The notes under the pieces were generated by a model. The model made no database searches. It had not been told where the DNA came from and was given only the letters and a program-made list of their open reading frames with translations. From positions 1 to 64,000 of the IMG/VR virus record IMGVR_UViG_3300028569_000022: DNA of 64,000 bases; one strand, 5' to 3'. This stretch comes from a virus. Both the position numbers and the translations under genes were made by a program. Positions 57,086 through 64,000 of this stretch are shown here, one piece after another (position 1 is the first letter of the stretch; each line of letters starts with the position of its first letter).

Positions 57086-59308
57086 TTAGAACGTTCCGCC
57101 ATCCAAAATTAACATGAGATTATCAATGTAATTTTTGGTTGCAACGTGAGAAGCTAATGTAGGTTCAGCTGCTTCGACTGTGCCAGAAAACTTACCGTTA
57201 CCGATTACGTCTAACGCTTCGGTAGGAGCTTCTGTGTTAACACCGACTACGCCAGCGCCGACAAACAATGTTGCTGTTTCATCATTGTTTACTGAAATCT
57301 CAACGCCGTTAGCAGCAGTAATAGTTCCAGAAACATCTAAGTTTCCAGAAATACTTCCACCAGTAAGGTTTAAGAAGTTAGTGTCTACATATGTATTGAG
57401 ATTACTGATTGTTGCTTCAAGAGCATCAACTTCGTTATTAATAGTTGTATTGAGAGTGCTTACTTCGTCAGCTAAGTCAGAAGCAATTGCTGCTTCAGCA
57501 GCTGTTGCACGGCTAACTTCTGAATCAAGTTGACCTTGGAGGTCAGATGAAACTGAAGATATTGTCGTTGAACTGTTATTAGCGAGTGTTGTTATTGCAC
57601 CGTTAAGATCGCTGTCAGCCTGTTGAAACGCACTAACGATTTCAGTTAAGGAATCGAGAGCTGCTCCATCAACGTTGCTTAGAACGTTATCAATTTGTGA
57701 TTGTATGTTGCTTGCAACACCAGAAATCGTTGAATTGAGTGTTGAAACTTCGCTGTCGATCTTTGAATCGAGAGTAGAAGAAACGGACACCATTAACGAA
57801 TTGAGGTCTGAATCAGCAGTAGCACGAGCTGAAGCTTCATCAGCAATGTCTGAAACCAGACCAGCTGAGATAGAAGCAACAGTTGATGTTAAATCGCTGA
57901 TAGCAGTGCCACGATTGGTAACTTCGTCAGCTAGGTCAGAAGCAATTGCTGCTTCAGCAGCCATTGCGCGGCCTTCTTCAGCAGATACAGCAGCAGTAAG
58001 AGTGCTTACTTCAGAAGCAATTGATGCTTCAAGTGTAGCAACTTCAGAGTCAATTTTTGAATCAAGAACGCCTTCAGCTGTCGTAGCACGGCTAACTTCG
58101 TCTGACAAGTCAGATGCGAGACTAGCTTCAGCAGCGATTGCACGGCCACTTTCTGCAGATACGGCAGTATTGAGAGTGCTTACTTCAGAAGCAATTGATG
58201 CTTCAATTGTTGCAACTTCTGAGTCAATTTTTGAATCAAGACTAGCAGAAACTGAAGCTAATGATGTTGAAGCAGAGTTTGCGAGACTAGTAATAGCACC
58301 ATTGATATCGCTGTCAGCAGATTGAAAAGCTGAAACGATTTCAGTTAAGGAATCAAGCGCAGCAGCGTCAACATTACTAAGAACATTATCAATTTGTGAT
58401 TGTATGTTGCTAGAAACAGATGCGACTGTTGTGTTGAGAGTGCTTACTTCAGAAGCAATTGATGCTTCAAGTGTAGCAACTTCTGAGTCAATCTTAGAAT
58501 CGAGAGTGCTTACTTCAGAAGCAATTGATGCTTCAAGAGTGCTTACTTCAGAAGCAATCGATGCTTCAAGTGTTGCAACTTCTGAGTCAATTTTTGAGTC
58601 AAGAGTGCTTACTTCAGAAGCAATTGATGCTTCAAGTGTAGCAACTTCTGAGTCAATCTTAGAATCGAGAGTGCTTACTTCAGAATCAATTTTTGAATCA
58701 AGCGTAGAAGAGACAGACTCAACTGTAGTAGTTAAGGCTGAATCGGCAGCTATACGAGCAGCTTCTTCAGTTGAAAGATCGCTTTTGATCTCAGCTGAAA
58801 GGCTAACTAATGCTGCGGACGAATCTGAGGCTAAACCGTCTAAATCCGACTGCAAAGACGATGAGATTGAATCCATCGTGGAATTAACACTATTAATCGT
58901 ATTAACGAGATTCGTAGCAAAGTTTTCGTCATTGCCTAAAGCAGAAGCTAATTCATTAAGAGTATTAAGCGCATCTGGAGCCATATCGATAACTGCAGCA
59001 ATTTGCGCATCGATTTTAGCATCAAGAGTGCTTGATACAGATTGAATAGTTGTGTTTAGCGTAGCAACTTCTTGAGTAACTCTTACATCAATAGATGTTA
59101 TGTCCGTTTGGAGATCGGCTGAGATCGAGCTGACGCTAGCGTCAGTTGCAAAATGACCGTCGCCTCCAATAGGTATTACGCCATTTTCTGAACCATAGTA
59201 TAATACTGAGTCTACTTCGTTGAATGCCAATTCACCACCAGAGAGTGCTGCAGGAGCACCAGCTTCACCAGTAGTACGGCGTTTAATGAGGATTGTGTTG
59301 TATGCCAT
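57086..59308 (-). CDS. Long coiled-coil fibre protein with Mtd-N-like head and C-terminal LDGGTF
   Basis: MAYNTILIKRR...GELAFNE, APDALNTLNELA.AL, 11-residue SEVSTLDSKID/SEVATLEASIA repeats and ATKNYID. Confidence 0.75.
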   Translation of the reverse strand: MAYNTILIKRRTTGEAGAPAALSGGELAFNEVDSVLYYGSENGVIPIGGDGHFATDASVSSISADLQTDITSIDVRVTQEVATLNTTIQSVSSTLDAKIDAQIAAVIDMAPDALNTLNELASALGNDENFATNLVNTINSVNSTMDSISSSLQSDLDGLASDSSAALVSLSAEIKSDLSTEEAARIAADSALTTTVESVSSTLDSKIDSEVSTLDSKIDSEVATLEASIASEVSTLDSKIDSEVATLEASIASEVSTLEASIASEVSTLDSKIDSEVATLEASIASEVSTLNTTVASVSSNIQSQIDNVLSNVDAAALDSLTEIVSAFQSADSDINGAITSLANSASTSLASVSASLDSKIDSEVATIEASIASEVSTLNTAVSAESGRAIAAEASLASDLSDEVSRATTAEGVLDSKIDSEVATLEASIASEVSTLTAAVSAEEGRAMAAEAAIASDLADEVTNRGTAISDLTSTVASISAGLVSDIADEASARATADSDLNSLMVSVSSTLDSKIDSEVSTLNSTISGVASNIQSQIDNVLSNVDGAALDSLTEIVSAFQQADSDLNGAITTLANNSSTTISSVSSDLQGQLDSEVSRATAAEAAIASDLADEVSTLNTTINNEVDALEATISNLNTYVDTNFLNLTGGSISGNLDVSGTITAANGVEISVNNDETATLFVGAGVVGVNTEAPTEALDVIGNGKFSGTVEAAEPTLASHVATKNYIDNLMLILDGGTF
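57450..58700 (-). repeat. 33-nt (11-aa) tandem repeats and a larger internal duplication in the fibre gene
   Basis: Recurring gagtgcttacttcagaagcaattgatgcttcaa. The NIQSQIDNVLSNVD.AALDSLTEIVSAFQ block occurs twice. Confidence 0.9.
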
Positions 59309-59393
59309 AATTTTAATGTATTTTGTAGTTTGATGTTGCAGTCATTTGCAACAATATTACTTAATCAAAAACAATTTTTTTTTAGGCGTAAAG

Positions 59394-59492
59394 ACCCTGT
59401 AAATATCAGGGGTTGCACCGATTTGCTTAAAAAAACCCTGTAAATATCAGAGTTTGCACCGACTTGCTTAAAAAACCCTGTAAATATCAAGG
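59394..59492 (+). repeat. About 2.5 tandem 40-41 bp non-coding repeats with palindromic core CCCTG-TAAATAT-CAGGG
   Basis: CCCTGTAAATATCA starts at 59395, 59436 and 59476, separated by near-identical TTGCACCGA(T/C)TTGCTTAAAAAA. Confidence 0.9.
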
Positions 59493-59543
59493 TAGATTGG
59501 TTGTTTTTTATTTAAAACGGATTAAAACTACATACAAAAAAAT

Positions 59544-59675
59544 AATGAAATGAGATATACTTCGGTATATATTTCATTGAAATAACTTAGCGGTTCAAAC
59601 ACAACAAACGTGTAAAAACAATCAGAATATGAACAGACAGCAAAGTGCTGTTAACTGAGTAACAGCACTTTGCTG
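59544..59675. other. Two strong intergenic hairpins: a C(UUCG)G-capped stem and a perfect 16-bp stem
   Basis: AATGAAAT.ATATAC-TTCG-GTATAT.ATTTCATT (59544-59578); CAGCAAAGTGCTGTTA-ACTGAG-TAACAGCACTTTGCTG (59638-59675). Confidence 0.75.
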
Positions 59676-59710
59676 AGATTGGTTGAGGTCTTCTTTTTAA
59701 CTAGATTAAA

Positions 59711-59989
59711 TTAAAGCTCATACCCTTCAGTAACAGAACAATAATCAATTATTGAATTAATTCGAAACGAACGAAATGCCTTATTTTCCAAATCCCAAAC
59801 AGAAAGTACATCTTCATTTTCTGTTCTGTTTTGCTTTTTTTCTTTCGGATTATGATTGTTTTCTTGAGATGGAAGAAGATCTGTCTTTAACGAGCAACAC
59901 AACAGACGTTCTGTTCCGTTTATTTTTTTAAATTTGATATTGAGGATTTCTTTTTTGAGGAGCGTTTTCAGTTCTGCTTTTGTAATCAT
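59711..59989 (-). CDS. SH3 beta-barrel (WYL_2/DUF2693-like) phage protein
   Basis: F.K.NG..R...C.L...VWDLENKAFRSFR; probable ATG at 59989. Confidence 0.75.
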   Translation of the reverse strand: MITKAELKTLLKKEILNIKFKKINGTERLLCCSLKTDLLPSQENNHNPKEKKQNRTENEDVLSVWDLENKAFRSFRINSIIDYCSVTEGYEL

Positions 59990-60054
59990 GCTTTGATCAT
60001 ACATAGTTTCTGTTGGAGTTCAACGAAAATAATTGAAAACAATTAAATAAGAAT

Positions 60055-60255
60055 ATGGCCACTCTTACTCCAATTCTTACAAGCACACCAGGAAATCCTC
60101 TAACCTATAATCCAGGAATGGCTGAAACATTCTCCTGGATTCCTGTAGAGAACGATGTAGATAGACCGATGTTTGCTAAAGTCGTATATCCAATAGAAAT
60201 TTCAAAGCAACTTTCTACTATTATCGATCTTCTTTCGGCACTTGTGGACAAGTAA
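60055..60255 (+). CDS. Small late hypothetical protein
   Basis: TAAATA 5 nt upstream of the ATG. Confidence 0.6.
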   Translation: MATLTPILTSTPGNPLTYNPGMAETFSWIPVENDVDRPMFAKVVYPIEISKQLSTIIDLLSALVDK

Positions 60256-60259
60256 TCCT

Positions 60260-61225
60260 TTAATCTTTATTATTTACTTCTGGCGAGAACCAAATACGAG
60301 AAGTTGGCTCTGGCGAGATTTGTGAAGATGATTTAATACCTTCAGGTAAGACTTCTTCGCTTACGTCTCCAGTTGATAGTTGGTTTTCTGTAGGTATTGA
60401 ATCTACAGTAGGAACAGGAGTCAGAGCAGGCGTAGAGATTGGTTGTGTTGCGGATTGTTCTGCTTTAATGGGGTTTAATGCTGTTTCTTTACGTTTTAAT
60501 GCAATATTAAATGCTAATAAAAGTGTAACAGCTAGCGGGTCAAACACACAAATTAAAATACAAATAAACGCAATTACCACAAAATCGAGAGGCTTGTTAA
60601 TTGCTTCTGCTACAAAATTAAATGTTCCTATGTCTTTTGTTTTGTTAATTTCACTAGAAAGTTGTAAAATATTGCTGTCCTTTTCAGATTTTTGTTGTTG
60701 TACTTCTTGATTTCTTTGTGTTAATACTTGAATTTCATTGTCTGCTTTTTTAATTGCGTCATATGCTTGTTCTCTAGGCAATTTGTAATTTCCAGCCTCC
60801 TGCACTCTTTTTTCTTGATCTATTCTGATGCGGTTTAATGTTTCAATTCGCTGTTGATTTTGATTAATTTCTACATCTAATGTACTTTTTTGACTTTCTA
60901 TTAGTGTAATTTGCGAATTAATTTGACTAAATTTTGAACTATTAATTTGATAGGCAGCTGAAAGATACCCAAATATACCTGCAGACGTAACTACCATTAA
61001 CGTAAAGATAGCTGTTAACAAATAAGCACGAAGAAAAAAGGAAGTATTTTTCCAATATCTATACAGAAACGAAGTTGCTACGAGTTTTCCTAGTTCTAAA
61101 GAAGATGCCATAACAGCAACTTGAAAAAAACTTCCTGAGAATAACGAGGCAATACCAATTACGGAAAAGTAAGCTCCGCACAAAGCAACAAAAAAAGCGC
61201 TGAATCCAAGTATAATAGTAAACAT
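60260..61225 (-). CDS. Membrane protein with coiled coil (common in T4-like phages)
   Basis: AYFSVIG...MASSLELGKLV...TSAGIFGYLS, a coiled coil, then FDPLAV. Confidence 0.75.
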   Translation of the reverse strand: MFTIILGFSAFFVALCGAYFSVIGIASLFSGSFFQVAVMASSLELGKLVATSFLYRYWKNTSFFLRAYLLTAIFTLMVVTSAGIFGYLSAAYQINSSKFSQINSQITLIESQKSTLDVEINQNQQRIETLNRIRIDQEKRVQEAGNYKLPREQAYDAIKKADNEIQVLTQRNQEVQQQKSEKDSNILQLSSEINKTKDIGTFNFVAEAINKPLDFVVIAFICILICVFDPLAVTLLLAFNIALKRKETALNPIKAEQSATQPISTPALTPVPTVDSIPTENQLSTGDVSEEVLPEGIKSSSQISPEPTSRIWFSPEVNNKD

Positions 61226-61326
61226 ACATTTATACTTATCAAAAAAGCTTAATTTACCCTGTATTAAAGCGGGTTATTAGTTATGCAGTATTATAGAGAT
61301 AGCCTGTAAATTAGGGGAACCTCTTG

Positions 61327-63720
61327 TTAATTTTCTCTTCTTTCCTCTGGCTTATAATATACTATTCTGTTGTGTTCAATAGGACTAGCAAGAAGTACTG
61401 CTGGTCGCAAATTGCCTTTTCTGGTCTCTTGAAACATATGACTCATCCAAGTTTGTTCATAAGGATGTCCCCACTTTGTGTCCAAAAACATCTTTCTGTT
61501 TCCTTCTTTACCTACAATCATAGGCCAATTGGCATAATAAATTTCCCCATCAATATAAGCTAGCTCATCAACAACATCAATTTTATTGAAAATTGTTCGT
61601 GGGCAATTTAAATCGAGTCCTTGTACTGGTAATTTATCGTAGTGTGGCCACAATTCTGTTCTAACATGCTGAGGAACATTATACCATGAAACTTGCAAAT
61701 GATTGTCCATATAAACCTCAGTGAAGGTCAGCTTTAAAAAGTCAAATTCATCCTTAAGCATTATCTTATGGATTTTGTCGAACAAATTAGGTACATATTT
61801 CCTAAATCCATTTCTGCAAAACCCTGTGTTTTCAGGGGAAAACATGCCCATGTCATCCTCAAGAAAAATATAGTAATCACTGTCGGTTTGATCGAAATGT
61901 TCTGCTGCTCTGAGTCTGCCTCTATTAATCCCTAAATTCTCTCCAGTAACAATATGTTCAAAACCATACTCTTTACATATCTGCTCGTTTCCTTTTATTG
62001 CCTCTTCGTTATTAGAGTTATCAATTAAAAATTTCTTTGTTTTATCTAAAAACCCAGGATGCTGTTTATATTTTTCAAGTGTATATCTTACTTGTTGAGG
62101 AAAATTAAACGTGAGCATATACAGCGACGTTTTTAATTTAGATGTGTCTAAGCTCTTACGTATAAGAGCAACTCTGTCGTTCGGTATAGACTCTAATGCA
62201 ACCGCATTATTAATTAACGCTTGGACAAACTTGACAACTAAGCCGTTACCATCTAAAGCATATCGTCTATATTTCTCTGGCTCAACATATGACATAAGAG
62301 TGAAAACGCTCTCTTCAGTACCCATAAACCCTCCTCTAAGGGTCTTATCTAGCATTGAGTAATACAACCCATTAGCTTGGTTTATTATTTCTTTTCTTCC
62401 GCCAAACAATCCGCCTCGACATACATATTCGACTTTTTTCCCTGCATAACGATTCATTGCATTAAAATCAAATCCATGAATTTCTGTATTTGCTTCATAC
62501 GGATAGCTTAAAAACAAAAATGTATCGAGATGTGAAATTATGTTATCAAGAGCTCTGTGTTCTGAAAAATATGATTTGCCTACAGTATTCGTTATACCAG
62601 CGTCTATCCAAATAAAATATTCAGTATTAAACGGATTCCAAATCGTGACATCGTTGAGTAAAAACATCTTTGATTGAACAATCGGATTGTACCATTCTAA
62701 AGATGCTTGAGGACTATTCGATAGCCATCCTCCTTCTCCTGTTTGATTGTACCATAACGGATTAGTTCTAATCTCTTGAGTCTTATTCCAAAACGGAGCA
62801 TACATATTCCGTATATCTTCTAGCTCATAAATTTTAACGGAAGTATTTTCTCTCGAACGTTTTTCCCAAACTAAGTGTTCATATTCTTTAGGAATATAAA
62901 TAAACATGTTGGCAGGTGTGTCTAGTAAATTTTTAAAATGTTCTATGTAATGAGAAAAATCTCTTCCTTGACGATTTATATTCCACAGACCTGTAACGAT
63001 CGTTAGATTTTTATTTTGTATGTTGTTTATTGAAGTTGGCTCAGGCAACACACAACTTTCTCTAACTTTATTTAAATCCCAAAACGCGAGAACTTTTCTA
63101 TTTCCGTTTTCGAACCCATCAACTCTTACATCTTCTTCTAAATAGGCATCAGGTTCAGGAAAATTGAATGGGGAAGCAATTAAATTGACTGGATAAAACC
63201 TGCCGTATTCAACACCTTCATTTTCTCTGTGAACCTCTCCAGATTTGCAAGACGTCCACGTGTGATCATCTATCTTTTTAGCCCATGTAGTGCTTAGTAG
63301 GTATTTACAATTTGAATTTAATATATTGTGAATAACCTGCTTGCTGTTTTCTAACGGAAGATGACCTAACACATCCCGTACTATTAATAAATCCGCATCA
63401 GGTATTTTATCTGTAATTAAATCGAACTCAACAAAATTAGTGGTTTCGTTTCCGTAATTTTGTGTATTAGCTTCCACTGCCTTTTTAACTATATCTCCGC
63501 CAACATAACTTTCAAATGAAGAAACTAGTTCTTTCATCCAATTAAAATCTCCACACGGAATATCAACTACAGTTTTAATATTTTTTGCCGTAATAAGATC
63601 TTTTATTTTTTTTCTTAAAATTTTAGTTTCATCTAATGTGCTCCCAGGACCTGATCTACTCTCATTACTCCCGAAACCGTAATTTTCGTAGATGTTTGTA
63701 AAAACGTTTTTGTAATCCAT
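61327..63720 (-). CDS. Fusion: class I SAM methyltransferase + HtrL/WlaTC-like glycosyltransferase + GT2-like domain
   Basis: SGPGS...VDIPCGDFNW...GGDIV...RDVLGHL; TIVTGLWNI...SKMF...YFIWIDAG...GGLFGG...GTEES; LIDNS...NLGINRGR...FLEDD. Confidence 0.75.
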   Translation of the reverse strand: MDYKNVFTNIYENYGFGSNESRSGPGSTLDETKILRKKIKDLITAKNIKTVVDIPCGDFNWMKELVSSFESYVGGDIVKKAVEANTQNYGNETTNFVEFDLITDKIPDADLLIVRDVLGHLPLENSKQVIHNILNSNCKYLLSTTWAKKIDDHTWTSCKSGEVHRENEGVEYGRFYPVNLIASPFNFPEPDAYLEEDVRVDGFENGNRKVLAFWDLNKVRESCVLPEPTSINNIQNKNLTIVTGLWNINRQGRDFSHYIEHFKNLLDTPANMFIYIPKEYEHLVWEKRSRENTSVKIYELEDIRNMYAPFWNKTQEIRTNPLWYNQTGEGGWLSNSPQASLEWYNPIVQSKMFLLNDVTIWNPFNTEYFIWIDAGITNTVGKSYFSEHRALDNIISHLDTFLFLSYPYEANTEIHGFDFNAMNRYAGKKVEYVCRGGLFGGRKEIINQANGLYYSMLDKTLRGGFMGTEESVFTLMSYVEPEKYRRYALDGNGLVVKFVQALINNAVALESIPNDRVALIRKSLDTSKLKTSLYMLTFNFPQQVRYTLEKYKQHPGFLDKTKKFLIDNSNNEEAIKGNEQICKEYGFEHIVTGENLGINRGRLRAAEHFDQTDSDYYIFLEDDMGMFSPENTGFCRNGFRKYVPNLFDKIHKIMLKDEFDFLKLTFTEVYMDNHLQVSWYNVPQHVRTELWPHYDKLPVQGLDLNCPRTIFNKIDVVDELAYIDGEIYYANWPMIVGKEGNRKMFLDTKWGHPYEQTWMSHMFQETRKGNLRPAVLLASPIEHNRIVYYKPEERREN

Positions 63721-63726
63721 ATTGTA

Positions 63727-63999
63727 TTATTTTTTAATCTTGCATACCCATGCTGCCGGTGTAAATTGTTCTTGCATAAATGAATCTAAACAGTATTTGG
63801 CAACTGATTCTTGAATGTCTGAGTCTTGTATTTCATGCCAATTCCAAAATTTCATGTAAACAGTTTTTTTAAAATATTCAGGAGTGGAAGCATAATCGTG
63901 TGCCATAATTATGTCTCCTTGTTTTATATATCTAGACAATAAGTTAAATTCACCAATTTTCCAACCGCCGTCACACAACACTAGCGTTATTCCATCTTG
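63727..63999 (-). CDS. Probable SAM-dependent methyltransferase, C-terminal part (truncated by the window)
   Basis: LVLCDGG.K..EF.......GDIIMAHDY; the frame is open to the window edge. Confidence 0.55.
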   Translation of the reverse strand, partial: QDGITLVLCDGGWKIGEFNLLSRYIKQGDIIMAHDYASTPEYFKKTVYMKFWNWHEIQDSDIQESVAKYCLDSFMQEQFTPAAWVCKIKK

Positions 64000-64000
64000 C

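Noticed and set aside
55313-59308. Diversity-generating retroelement suggested by Mtd-N-like domains
   Set aside because: No reverse transcriptase, and no template/variable repeat pair differing at adenines was seen in the window.
59394-59492. Mini CRISPR array
   Set aside because: The sequences between the cores are near-identical to each other rather than unique spacers, and no cas genes are present.
59490-59700. tRNA gene in the intergenic gap
   Set aside because: A GGTTCAAA-like stretch occurs near 59592, but I could not build a cloverleaf or acceptor stem around it.
1-64000. Stop-codon reassignment as in some large phages
   Set aside because: Genes are full-length and densely packed in the standard code, and TAA, TAG and TGA all end recognisable genes.

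Overview
64 kb of an AT-rich, T4-like (myovirus) large phage genome in the standard genetic code. All protein calls come from motif recognition and gene order, not database searches. The window holds a baseplate/tail module (tape measure, gp48-, gp53-, gp27-, gp25- and gp6-like), many large accessory virion proteins (PKD, NHL, LamG, collar and Mtd-N-like fibres), a gp16-like small terminase, a gp14-like neck protein, a clamp loader, a dUTPase/dCTP deaminase, Hsp20 and class Ia RNR. Highlights: (1) nrdA is fractured at its catalytic Cys by a split intein, with a free-standing HNH endonuclease between the halves whose start codon lies in a perfect 15-bp hairpin. (2) A complete cysD-cysNC PAPS-synthesis operon has its own sigma70-like promoter. 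(3) Glycosyltransferase, methyltransferase and fucosyltransferase-like genes co-occur with an apparent enrichment of an L-S-[A/G/S] motif and Pro/Thr tracts in virion proteins, which suggests a virion glycan-decoration system (hypothesis). (4) TAA[A/G/T]TA late-promoter motifs sit 5-6 nt before start codons, implying leaderless mRNAs. (5) An unrecognised ~95-aa domain is shuffled among three virion proteins. (6) A repeat-and-hairpin non-coding locus lies at 59.4-59.7 kb. No tRNA, rRNA, CRISPR array or transposase was recognised.
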